Source: Endomicrobiales bacterium (GTDB lineage Bacteria > Elusimicrobiota > Endomicrobiia > Endomicrobiales > JALOBY01). Taken from it: a DNA stretch of 64,000 nucleotides. This document shows positions 18,167 through 27,670 of this stretch, piece after piece (the first letter of the stretch is position 1; each line of letters opens with the position of its first letter). The translations under genes and the position numbers were made by a program. The notes beneath the pieces are model-generated. The model was not told the origin of the DNA. It made no database searches and was given only the letters and a program-made list of their open reading frames with translations. Location of the stretch: positions 64,001-128,000 of the forward strand of contig CAWCNJ010000003.1 of NCBI GenBank assembly GCA_963796955.1, in the 5' to 3' direction.

Positions 18167-20563
18167 ATGAAAATAGCGTTTGTGGTGCGGAATTATCATA
18201 AAAGCGGGGGGATATCAGGATACGTCGCTGAATTGGCGGAACTGTACGCCAGGGACCACGAAGTTCATGTTTATGCGGCATCGTTCAAGGATGTCGATAA
18301 TTTTGGCATTAAGTGTCACAAAATACCTATCCTCACCTCCTCTCTGCTGGTCCGTTGGAAAAAACACGCTTTAAATAATCTTCTTGAAGTCTGGAGTTTT
18401 GCTTTAACGTCGTTTTTTTACGTTAATAGCAAAGATTTCGATATAGTGCATTCACAAGGGGACTATTGGGGGCAATTTGACGTTTATACCGTCCATAGTT
18501 GCCACAAGGCATGGCTGGAGATAGCCAGCGAAAATGCATCACTGTGGCAACGATTGTTAAAATCAAAATTTAATCCTCTCCATGCCAATATACTTCTTTC
18601 TGAACGGCATTGCCTGAAAAACGCCAGACGCGTGATAGCTATTTCCGAGGTAACGAAACGGGAAGTTATGAAATATTATAACGTGCCTGAGTCGAAGATC
18701 ACCATTGTTCCTCACGGTGTTGATATAGAAAGGTTCAATATTAAATTGCGCGACGTTTACCGCGCCAAGATCAGAGAAAAACATGGCTTGTCCGAGCAGG
18801 ATATGGTCATAGTCTTTCCTGCGCATGAGTTTAAGCGAAAAGGTCTGCCTCAGATAATAGAGGCACTGCATACCCTTAACATGCCTACCCTTTACGTGCT
18901 TGTGGTAGGAAAAGATAATCCTTCCGATTCTACAAGGATAGCCGAAAAATACGGCTTAGCACAGAAAATAATCTTTGCCGGCGCCACATCCGGTATAGAA
19001 CGTTATTACTGCGCCGCCGATATGATGGTTTTTCCTACGTCGTACGAGCCATTTGGAATGATCATTACAGAGGCAATGGCCTGCGGCTTGCCGGTTGTTG
19101 TCTCTAAACTTGCCGGCGCAGCCGAACTGATAACCGACGGTGTCGACGGGGTATTATTACATGACCACACTGATGTAGGAAGCATCTCCGGTGCGATAAA
19201 ATTACTCGCTTTGGACAAGCCGATGCGCATGCGTATGGGTGAAAAAGCGCTTGCGTTAAGCGAGAAATATACTTGGTCATTGATAAGTGACATAACAATG
19301 AGCCTGTATAGAAGAATAACTAATCCTGTTTTAATGAATATCTGCGTAGTGACCCGCACGACCCTGTTCCACAGTATGGGCGGTATGGAACAACATTTGC
19401 GCATGTTAGTGGAAGGCCTCGTAAAGATCGGACACAGAGTTACGGTCATAACTACAGCCCATCCGGGACATGAACAATTTATTGAGAAAAATGGAGTCTC
19501 CTACCATTTTCTCAAAGGAGCCAAACCAGGACGCTACTCCCGAAGACTTGCTGCGCGAACTTTGCGGAAATTCAAACAGCTTCATTCCCTTGATCCTTTT
19601 GATGTAATACACAGCGAAAGCATGGGACCAGGCGGTCTTCTAGCCGCTAGTGTTAACAAAAAGTTCCTTGTGCCGATAGTTGTTATCTTTCATGGGATTT
19701 TTATAAATGAAATTGAAACTTGTCTTGGTATCCTTTTCGGACGTACAGGAACAATAGTAAGGCGCTTATATGCGGTTCTGGCCATCTGCCGCCAAATTTT
19801 CAGTTATATTAGACGTCAATTCACTCTAGTAAGGCGGGCGAATGCTGTTATTGCAACCAGTATGAAACAGAAGATGCTCATTAAACGTTATTTCCAATTG
19901 CCAGATTCACGAGTACTTAATGTTTTTAATGGTGTTGACATTGTACCTGCCGATGAAAAGGATATCAATGCGCTAAAAGTAAAAATTGGTATCGGAACGG
20001 AACCTGTTGTTCTTTGTATTGCAAGACTGAAATTAGAAAAGGGAATACATGTAGCGATAAAGGCATTTGCTGAAATAGTAAAAAACAGGCCTGCAAGATT
20101 GGTTATCGTTGGAGACGGTGAGTATAGAACGGAACTTGAAGGATTGGTGTCCACTCTGGGTATCGCAGATAAGGTTTTTTTTGCAGGCATAGTTGATTAT
20201 TCGGAACTCGGCGTATGTTATGCCGTTGCCGATGTTTTTGTCAATGCTACGATACGCGAGAATGGATATGATTTGACGATAGCACAAGCTATGGGCTACA
20301 AGAGATCTCTTATAGTAACCCAGCTTAAGGCTCTGGAAGGTGTTATTGAAGATAACGTGAACGGACTTTTGGTACGTAAGGGCGATCCTCTTGATCTGGC
20401 ATCAAAAATCAACTATATATTAGATCATCCTGAAAAAGCGTCGGCCATGGCGCTTAAAGCTTATGCTACCTACGATAAGAACTTTACAGCAGAACAGATG
20501 GTAAGGAATACTACAGAAGTTTATCAGAAAGCGATCGCCTCAAGGAAAAGGGGACATTTATGA
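18167..20563 (+). CDS. tandem GT4-GT4 glycosyltransferase fusion
   Basis: Two GT-B modules: MKIAFV..GG..YEPFGMIITEAMACG and MNICVV..GGMEQH..KGIHVAIKAF..RENGYDLTIAQAM. Confidence 0.88.
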   Translation: MKIAFVVRNYHKSGGISGYVAELAELYARDHEVHVYAASFKDVDNFGIKCHKIPILTSSLLVRWKKHALNNLLEVWSFALTSFFYVNSKDFDIVHSQGDYWGQFDVYTVHSCHKAWLEIASENASLWQRLLKSKFNPLHANILLSERHCLKNARRVIAISEVTKREVMKYYNVPESKITIVPHGVDIERFNIKLRDVYRAKIREKHGLSEQDMVIVFPAHEFKRKGLPQIIEALHTLNMPTLYVLVVGKDNPSDSTRIAEKYGLAQKIIFAGATSGIERYYCAADMMVFPTSYEPFGMIITEAMACGLPVVVSKLAGAAELITDGVDGVLLHDHTDVGSISGAIKLLALDKPMRMRMGEKALALSEKYTWSLISDITMSLYRRITNPVLMNICVVTRTTLFHSMGGMEQHLRMLVEGLVKIGHRVTVITTAHPGHEQFIEKNGVSYHFLKGAKPGRYSRRLAARTLRKFKQLHSLDPFDVIHSESMGPGGLLAASVNKKFLVPIVVIFHGIFINEIETCLGILFGRTGTIVRRLYAVLAICRQIFSYIRRQFTLVRRANAVIATSMKQKMLIKRYFQLPDSRVLNVFNGVDIVPADEKDINALKVKIGIGTEPVVLCIARLKLEKGIHVAIKAFAEIVKNRPARLVIVGDGEYRTELEGLVSTLGIADKVFFAGIVDYSELGVCYAVADVFVNATIRENGYDLTIAQAMGYKRSLIVTQLKALEGVIEDNVNGLLVRKGDPLDLASKINYILDHPEKASAMALKAYATYDKNFTAEQMVRNTTEVYQKAIASRKRGHL

Positions 20564-21573
20564 CAAATGAGTTGAAAACCGCTTACGAGGGAAAGAATAT
20601 TCTTATTACGGGCGGCCTTGGCTTTATCGGAAGCACACTTGCGCATGCGCTGGTGTCTTACGGCGCCCATGTAACCCTGGTAGACTCTCTGGTGCCGCAG
20701 TACGGCGGGAATATGTTCAACATAGAAGACATCAAAGACAAGGTCACCGTTAATATTTCCGACGTAAGGGACCGCAGCAGCATGAATTATCTGGTGCAGG
20801 GTAAAGACTATATTTTCAATCTTGCGGGAACGCTGAGCCATATAGACAGCATGAGGGATCCTTTTACCGACCTTGATATAAATTGCGTAGCTCAGTTGTC
20901 GATTTTGGAAGCCTGCAGGCATAATAACCCCGGCGTAAAGATACTTTTTGCGGGAACCCGCGGCCAGTACGGTAAAGCAAAAACGCTTCCCGTAACTGAA
21001 GAACACCTGCAGGAACCTATTGACGTGAACGGCATCAACAACATGGCTGGGGAGTGGTACCACATACTTTATTACAGGGCTTACGGCATACGGGCTTGCT
21101 CCCTGCGCCTGACAAATACTTACGGTCCGCGTCACCAGATGAGACACCCTCGTCAGGGCATAATCAATTGGTTCGTGCGGCAGGTAATAGATGGTGAGAA
21201 GATCCGGATATTCGGCGACGGTGAACAGGTGCGCGACTGTACTTTTGTTGGTGATGTTGTGCATGCCTTTCTGCTTGCCGGCGCATCCCCAAAGGCTGAC
21301 GGGGAAATATTCAACCTGGGTGGGCGACACATAAGCCTTAAGGGTTTCGTTGAAAAAATAATTAATGTTGCAGGAAAAGGTTCTTTCGAATTGATAGCTT
21401 ACCCGGCGGAGAATAAGAAGATAGAGATCGGCGAATATATTGCTGATTACAGCAAGATCAAAAGAGTGCTTGGCTGGGAGCCTGCTATCGGCCTTGAGGA
21501 AGGGCTTCGTCAATCGCTCGATTATTATACAAAGAATAAAAACAGCTACTGGAAAACCGGAGAGATACTGTGA
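20560..21573 (+). CDS. NAD-dependent epimerase/dehydratase (extended SDR)
   Basis: ILITGGLGFIGS, LRLTNTYGPR, GDGEQVRD. Confidence 0.9.
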   Translation: MTNELKTAYEGKNILITGGLGFIGSTLAHALVSYGAHVTLVDSLVPQYGGNMFNIEDIKDKVTVNISDVRDRSSMNYLVQGKDYIFNLAGTLSHIDSMRDPFTDLDINCVAQLSILEACRHNNPGVKILFAGTRGQYGKAKTLPVTEEHLQEPIDVNGINNMAGEWYHILYYRAYGIRACSLRLTNTYGPRHQMRHPRQGIINWFVRQVIDGEKIRIFGDGEQVRDCTFVGDVVHAFLLAGASPKADGEIFNLGGRHISLKGFVEKIINVAGKGSFELIAYPAENKKIEIGEYIADYSKIKRVLGWEPAIGLEEGLRQSLDYYTKNKNSYWKTGEIL

Positions 21574-22727
21574 TACCAAATAATGATCTTGCACGCCAAT
21601 ACAAAAGAGTAAAAACACAGGTTGATAAAGCTGTTCTGTCCACTCTTGCCAGCGGCTGGTATGTGCTTGGCAAACAGGTGGAAAAATTTGAATCAGAGTT
21701 CGCCGGCTACTGCGGCGCAAAATACGCTGTCGGCGTTAATTCCGGTACCGATGCCCTTATGCTGGCGCTGATCGCTGCAGGAGTTAAACCCGGCGAAGAA
21801 GTAATAACCGTTCCCAATACCGCCGTGCCCACTGCGGCCGCGATCTCGGCGGCGGGCTGTGTTCCATATCTGGTAGACGTTGATGAAAAATATCTCACGC
21901 TGTCTCCGTCCTCACTAAGGCACTTTCTAAGCAATGGTGTTAAGAAAAAAGGGTCAAAATTTGTCAACAAGCGAACCGGACGCGTGGTAAGCGCGATAAT
22001 CCCTGTGCACCTGTATGGCCTTTGCGCCGATATGCCTGCAATATTGAGGATTGCGCGAAAATACGGTCTGGTAGTTATAGAAGATTGCGCGCAGTCCCAC
22101 GGCGCGATGATAGGTGGAAAAAAGTGCGGTACTTTTGGCCATGCCGCAGCATTCAGTTTCTATCCGACCAAAAACCTCGGTTGCTTTGGCGACGGTGGGA
22201 TGGTGGTAACAAATGACAAGGAAATAGACAAACGAGTAAGGATGCTTCGCAATTACGGCCAGGCTGACCGGTATGTGCACGAAATGAAGGGCATTAACAG
22301 CCGCCTTGATGAAGTACAGGCAGCGGTATTATCTGTGAAACTAAAGTATTTAGAGAGAGACAATAACACGCGCCGGGCGCTCGCAAAAAAATACAGCAAA
22401 TTGCTGGGCGGGCTTCCTTTATCTTTGCCCGAAGAAAGGAACGGTTGCCGGCATGTGTACCATCTGTTCGTGGTTCGCGCTGAGAACCGCGATCGGCTCA
22501 AAGAATATCTTCTCACGAAAAATATCGTAGCGCAGATTCACTATCCAATTCCCATTCATCTGCAAAAGTCTTACTCGGACCTTAATGTGCTCGCCGGATC
22601 ATTGCGATCTTCCGAGAAGGCAGCAAAAGAAGTTCTTTCCATTCCATTTTTTCCGGGAATAACTGATACGGAGATCCGGCAGGTGGCCGCAGCGATTAAA
22701 GAGTACTTTAAGATAACCGGAGCATAA
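21570..22727 (+). CDS. DegT/DnrJ/EryC1/StrS sugar aminotransferase
   Basis: NSGTDAL, PVHLYG, EDCAQSHG, SFYPTKNLG, NSRLDEVQAA. Confidence 0.93.
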   Translation: MIPNNDLARQYKRVKTQVDKAVLSTLASGWYVLGKQVEKFESEFAGYCGAKYAVGVNSGTDALMLALIAAGVKPGEEVITVPNTAVPTAAAISAAGCVPYLVDVDEKYLTLSPSSLRHFLSNGVKKKGSKFVNKRTGRVVSAIIPVHLYGLCADMPAILRIARKYGLVVIEDCAQSHGAMIGGKKCGTFGHAAAFSFYPTKNLGCFGDGGMVVTNDKEIDKRVRMLRNYGQADRYVHEMKGINSRLDEVQAAVLSVKLKYLERDNNTRRALAKKYSKLLGGLPLSLPEERNGCRHVYHLFVVRAENRDRLKEYLLTKNIVAQIHYPIPIHLQKSYSDLNVLAGSLRSSEKAAKEVLSIPFFPGITDTEIRQVAAAIKEYFKITGA

Positions 22728-24274
22728 TGTCCCATAAAAAGACCGTACTTAAGGCTACTGCGATAATTACTGCCTTCGCTATGGCCGGTAAGCTGCTGGG
22801 GTTTGCCCGTGAGATGATTATCGCGGCGAAATTTGGCACCACGTTCAGGGCTGACGCCTACTTTATCGGCCTTGCCGGGCCGGATTTCATCAGGGAAATA
22901 ATCTCCGGTGGGGTTCTTACAGCCGTCTTCATTCCGATGTATTCGTCGTTCCTGCATAACAATGATGAAGTTCAGTCTAAAAAACTGCTGGATAATACGG
23001 CCAGCGTTTTGCTGGTCCTTTTGCTCTCGGCGATAATTATTGGCTTGCCGCTGGCGCCCTGGCTGGTAAGGGCTGTTGCGCCGGAAATGGCGGGGGAATC
23101 ATTTGCGCTTGCGGTGCAGGTCTCGCGCATAATATTCCCGGCAATGCTTTTTATGGGCTTCGCGAATCTGTACGGCTCGCTGCTTAACGTACATAAACAT
23201 TTCGCCATGCCTTCCATGGGCCAGCTCATACAGAACGTTTGCATAATATTCGGGGCTGTGCTATTCAGCAAAAGTCTTGGTGTTAACAGCATCGCGGTTG
23301 GTTTTGTAGCCGGCGCGGTTTTGCAGCTTTTGGTTTTGTTCCCGGTCATGCGCAAAAATTCTGTTGGCTTTACTTTCGATCTTTCGCTGAGCCCTTCATT
23401 CATTAAAATGCTTCGTCTATGGGGGCCTTTGTTTATGGTGTCTGTAGTCTCTACCGCGAACGATCTTGTTAACAGGTCTCTTGCGGCGGGCCTGGATGTC
23501 GGCAGCGTTTCGGCGATAAACTTCTCTAACCGCATTAGAGAAACTACTCTCATGTTGAGCGCTGTGCCGCTTGCCACGGCAGTATTTCCTGTTATGAGCC
23601 AGCTTGTAGTAAAAAATAGCCGGGAGGAACTGGCTACTATTACGCGTTTCGCCCTGCGCCTGACAACCTTTATCGCCTTGCCAATGTGCCTTATCATGCT
23701 TGTTTACAGCCACGATATTGTACGCCTGCTTTTTCAAAGAGGGGTATTTGATTCGGCCTCCACCGCAATAACCTCTACGGCCCTGGTCTTTTACAGCACC
23801 GGCGCGCTTTTCATAGCGCTCAGCTATGTTATTTTGCGCCTCTACTACAGTTTCCAGGATTCTAAAACTCCATTGATAGTGTATTCAACCGCCTGCGTGA
23901 TCAACCTGGTTTTGGGAATGGTACTTCGCAAATACTTGCTGGTAGGCGGTATCGCCCTTGCACGTTCAGTTGCGGATCTTGCGGTATTTGTGCTGTTGGC
24001 CATGCTGCTAAAGCGCATAATGAACGATTTCAGCCAGAAAGATTTCTGGAGATTTTTCCTTAAGATATCGCTTATCGGTTTGCCCAGTATATTGTTCTCA
24101 AGGTATATTTACAGCTTATTCCCTGCATCAACGGGGATCATCGCACAATGCGTCTGGCTCGGAGCTGGAATGGTTATCGCGGTAGGAGTTTATATCGCGG
24201 TTTGTAAGGTTTTAAAGGTAGAAGAAGCCGAAAAGATGATACAAATAGTCAGAGCAAAGTTGGCAGGAAGTTAA
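22727..24274 (+). CDS. murJ: MurJ/MviN lipid II (or lipid-linked glycan) flippase
   Basis: LLGFAREMIIAAKFG, ADAY, VFIP, FQRGVFD, QDSKTP. Confidence 0.85.
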   Translation: MSHKKTVLKATAIITAFAMAGKLLGFAREMIIAAKFGTTFRADAYFIGLAGPDFIREIISGGVLTAVFIPMYSSFLHNNDEVQSKKLLDNTASVLLVLLLSAIIIGLPLAPWLVRAVAPEMAGESFALAVQVSRIIFPAMLFMGFANLYGSLLNVHKHFAMPSMGQLIQNVCIIFGAVLFSKSLGVNSIAVGFVAGAVLQLLVLFPVMRKNSVGFTFDLSLSPSFIKMLRLWGPLFMVSVVSTANDLVNRSLAAGLDVGSVSAINFSNRIRETTLMLSAVPLATAVFPVMSQLVVKNSREELATITRFALRLTTFIALPMCLIMLVYSHDIVRLLFQRGVFDSASTAITSTALVFYSTGALFIALSYVILRLYYSFQDSKTPLIVYSTACVINLVLGMVLRKYLLVGGIALARSVADLAVFVLLAMLLKRIMNDFSQKDFWRFFLKISLIGLPSILFSRYIYSLFPASTGIIAQCVWLGAGMVIAVGVYIAVCKVLKVEEAEKMIQIVRAKLAGS

Positions 24275-24299
24275 ACCCGAACCGAATGCAAAATCCGGG

Positions 24300-25655
24300 T
24301 TACGCGAAGGTATAGAGTTCCAATTTTTCTTTTTTACCGCGCAGCGCGCCTTTCGTTAGAAATCGTAACCGCACCGTCCCGCCTAGTTCGTTGACCACAT
24401 TCTCGGTAAGTATTATGTTCTCTTTCAGGTCTTTGCAGTAGTCCTGCAGGCGCGATACGGTGTTCACCGGGTCGCCGATAACGGTGTACTCGAAACGTTC
24501 CTCGCTTCCTATATTGCCCGAGATAACCTCTCCAGTATGGATGGTAATGCCAAGCCGCAGTTCAAATAATCCCTGGGCTTTTCTCTCCGCGTTGTGCGCA
24601 TCAACCCGTTTCAGAACTTCTTTCGCCATCGCGACGGCGCGGCGGGCGTCATCCGGGTCGGCGTCAGGCACGCCAAAAACGCACAGGGCGCCGTCGCCAA
24701 GGAATTTATCAATTACACCGTCTCGCGATATGGTTGAACGTACTACTATGGAAAATATCTGGTTAATGGCGGCAACAACCGTCTCAGCCGGGCACTCTTC
24801 CGATAGAGCCGTAAAATCGCGGATGTCCGTGCAAACCAGCGTGACTTTCTTTTTGGCGCCGCCAAGCGCACTGCGCTCGCGCAAAATATTTTCCACTATC
24901 TTCGGGCTTATGTATTTTCCCAGCAGGTTCTTTGCCAGTTCTTTTTCTTTAAGGCCCTGCACCATCTCCCGCACGCCCATGGTTAAATTCCCAACTTCAT
25001 CATGATGATCCAGCGGGGGGATAATTACATCAAAATTACCTTTGCCTATTTCGCTTACCGCACCGGATAATATTTCTATCGGTTTCACCATAATGCCTAC
25101 GATGTATAGCGTCAGGAAAAGGCTGGATAACAGCAGCAGCAGCGCGATCACGACTATCTTCGAGAAAACATTTCTCATCGCGTTATCGATCGTCTCGTTG
25201 GAAAAACCAACGCGCACATAACCGACCCTGCTTGAAGGCCCTTCCAGGGGGATGCCGATGTCGGTTATTGAAACTTTGTTCGCAATGATAGATTGCGCCA
25301 GGACTTTTTTAGATGTCGTTAGATTCATGAACAGGGGAGAACGGTCGGCTTCGCTGATCAGCCGCTGGTCCGTGTGAGAGATGATGATGCCGTTCGCATC
25401 CTGCACAATAGCGTAAAGGATGGTTTTTTCCGACCTGAGTTCCTGAATGCGGTAATGTATACGGAAGGTGTCCAGCCGGGGGATAAGCGATTCGATCGTA
25501 TCTTTGGCCAGGTAGCCGGCCTTGATGGTCATTTCGTTGATCTGGGCCTGTTTGACCAGGTTGAAGACCAGCACGCTCATCGCCGAGAGCACAATAACGA
25601 TAAGGGCTGCGGCCACCAGCCAGAATTTGATCGCAAGGGATTTTATCTTGAACAT
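24300..25655 (-). CDS. membrane class III adenylate cyclase (TM-Cache-like-TM-HAMP-CYC)
   Basis: TDIRDFT, DKFLGDG, GNIGSEERFEYTVIGDPVNTVSRL; HAMP DEVGNL. Confidence 0.9.
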   Translation of the reverse strand: MFKIKSLAIKFWLVAAALIVIVLSAMSVLVFNLVKQAQINEMTIKAGYLAKDTIESLIPRLDTFRIHYRIQELRSEKTILYAIVQDANGIIISHTDQRLISEADRSPLFMNLTTSKKVLAQSIIANKVSITDIGIPLEGPSSRVGYVRVGFSNETIDNAMRNVFSKIVVIALLLLLSSLFLTLYIVGIMVKPIEILSGAVSEIGKGNFDVIIPPLDHHDEVGNLTMGVREMVQGLKEKELAKNLLGKYISPKIVENILRERSALGGAKKKVTLVCTDIRDFTALSEECPAETVVAAINQIFSIVVRSTISRDGVIDKFLGDGALCVFGVPDADPDDARRAVAMAKEVLKRVDAHNAERKAQGLFELRLGITIHTGEVISGNIGSEERFEYTVIGDPVNTVSRLQDYCKDLKENIILTENVVNELGGTVRLRFLTKGALRGKKEKLELYTFA

Positions 25656-25665
25656 TGGTTTAATT

Positions 25666-25694
25666 AGTGTAACCGCTCACGACAACTATGTCAA
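25666..25694 (-). promoter_or_regulatory. sigma70 promoter of the cyclase gene
   Basis: minus-strand TTGACA-17-TACACT. Confidence 0.6.
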
Positions 25695-25713
25695 TGTTTT
25701 TATCAAAAACACC

Positions 25714-25742
25714 TTGCGAAAGACCCAATTATCCTATATAAT
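25714..25742 (+). promoter_or_regulatory. sigma70 promoter of the PorV-TPR operon
   Basis: TTGCGA-17-TATAAT. Confidence 0.6.
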
Positions 25743-25801
25743 TAACACATAATAATTGGAATTTACAGTGCGCAAATTTGCAACGGTATCCTTTGCATTT
25801 G

Positions 25802-27664
25802 ATGAAAAAAATAATCCTCTGCGCCACCTTTATGACATTGCTTCGCTGCCTTGCCCACGGCTATGCCGGTACGTCTGATGACGTGCTGAGCAAGGGACCC
25901 GGCGCGCTGGATGTTTCGTTGGGGGGTAATCTTGCCGGCCTTGGCAACGAAGCTTATTCTGTTTTCTCCAACCCCGCCGCGGTCTCAACCCTTAAAAAAA
26001 CCGAACTGATAACCAGCAACATATCATACTTTGAACAAACCAGCCAGACAACGCTCGGTCTGCTGCTTCCTGTTGACGGTAACGTCTTCAGCGCCATGGT
26101 CACCTCTCTCAATTCCGGCGGCTTTGTTCAGCGCGTGAACCCCTGGGATGAGGGCAGCACGTTCGGCGTATCTTCCAATCTTTTACAGCTCGCCTATTGC
26201 CGTGAGATGCTGCGTGGTTTTTCGCTGGGCTTCACGCTTAAAGAATATTACCAGCTTATCAACGCGAAGAATCTTGCACTTACCGCCAGTGATATCGGCG
26301 CGTATTATCAGCCGTTCCCCCGGCTGGGCATAGGTTTAAATGTACGGAATGTCGTCTCAAGCGAATCTTCCTATTATGTCGACGGGCAAAAGACCATGCT
26401 GCCGCTGGGCGGCGATCTGGGTGTCAGCTGGGGCTGGCAGTTAAAGAAAGCAGCTTTCAAGATCATCGGCGGATTACAGATCGAAAATTCGCAGAATAAC
26501 GCTTCGGCGGGGCTTGAATGCGCGTACGGGCCGGCGGCGGTCCGGGTGGGCGCTAATACAGACGGCATGGCCGCGGGTGTCGGCACGCACTTTGGCGATT
26601 TTACCATTGATTATGCTATGGCCATGAATGTGTTGGGGCCCGTCAACACCGTTTCCGTGGGCGTGAAGTTCGGTAAAACGAAAGAGGAATATGAGGAAGA
26701 CATAAAGCGCATTTACGCCGGCCAGATACTTACCCCGAAAGAAGCGCATTCGCTGTCAAAACATCACTATCAGGAAGGCTTAAAGCAGATGAATGCCAAC
26801 CAGACCGCTCTTGCGATAGTAGAGTTCGATACCGCCCAGCTGCTGGATCCGCAGAATATGGCGGTACGCCGCGAGCTGCTTGCCGCGAAAGCGAAGCTGG
26901 ATGTTTCAGTCGACGCCGCGCTCATCGCCCGCTACCGCGACAGCGCCATGAAATCGTACCTTGACCTGAACATGCAAAACGCCCTGGTTGAATGGCAGCG
27001 TTTGCTGCTTGTGGACCCCAATAACGAACTGGCGAAAGAATATATCGCAAAAATTACCGTACGGCTCTCGGATTCCGATGTAAAAAGCGCCGTCTCTAAG
27101 ATGGATGTAGTTAAGAACACTGAGATCAGCAGGTTGATGGATGAAGCCGCCCATTTATACAGTGACAAATCCTATCAGAAAACGATCGCGGTCCTGCGCA
27201 AGGTGTTGAAGATAGAGCCGTCATATCAACCCGCGAAAGAAAAACTTGCCTACACGCTGACCGAATTGAACGGCCAGGTTTCATTGTCCATTGAGAAAGC
27301 CAGCAAGCTTATTGATGAGAAGAAATACATTGAAGCTGCCGCTCCACTACAATTCGCCCGCGACATAAGCCCCGATGATCCGCAACTGCTGGAACTGCTC
27401 GCAAAAGTAAACAGCGAAATAGTGCGCAAAGAAAAACGCGACCAGCGCAAAAAGAACGACAAGCGTTATTATGAAGCCGTTTCCCTATACATGCAGGCAA
27501 ACCCGTCCGTGCACCCCAACCCCCAATACAAAAAAGCCTACGACATTTGCAAAGAAATATTGAGCACCGACCCCTTCTTCGACGCCGCCAAAGACCTGAT
27601 AGGCCGCATAGACGCAAGAGAAGGCCGCCGAGAAATAAGAATGCGCCGCCCGGATGATGAATAG
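25802..27664 (+). CDS. PorV/PorQ-like outer-membrane beta-barrel fused to TPR repeats
   Basis: Signal peptide; GPGALDVSLGG..SVFSNPAAV (PorV/FadL-like N-terminus); DIGAYY, IDYAM..LGPVNTVSVGVKFG barrel end; TPR motifs LDPQN, VDPNNELAKEY, IEPSYQPAKE. Confidence 0.72.
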   Translation: MKKIILCATFMTLLRCLAHGYAGTSDDVLSKGPGALDVSLGGNLAGLGNEAYSVFSNPAAVSTLKKTELITSNISYFEQTSQTTLGLLLPVDGNVFSAMVTSLNSGGFVQRVNPWDEGSTFGVSSNLLQLAYCREMLRGFSLGFTLKEYYQLINAKNLALTASDIGAYYQPFPRLGIGLNVRNVVSSESSYYVDGQKTMLPLGGDLGVSWGWQLKKAAFKIIGGLQIENSQNNASAGLECAYGPAAVRVGANTDGMAAGVGTHFGDFTIDYAMAMNVLGPVNTVSVGVKFGKTKEEYEEDIKRIYAGQILTPKEAHSLSKHHYQEGLKQMNANQTALAIVEFDTAQLLDPQNMAVRRELLAAKAKLDVSVDAALIARYRDSAMKSYLDLNMQNALVEWQRLLLVDPNNELAKEYIAKITVRLSDSDVKSAVSKMDVVKNTEISRLMDEAAHLYSDKSYQKTIAVLRKVLKIEPSYQPAKEKLAYTLTELNGQVSLSIEKASKLIDEKKYIEAAAPLQFARDISPDDPQLLELLAKVNSEIVRKEKRDQRKKNDKRYYEAVSLYMQANPSVHPNPQYKKAYDICKEILSTDPFFDAAKDLIGRIDAREGRREIRMRRPDDE

Positions 27665-27670
27665 TAACTT

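Noticed and set aside
20524..21720. 398-aa minus-strand ORF
   Set aside because: Antisense shadow of the epimerase gene
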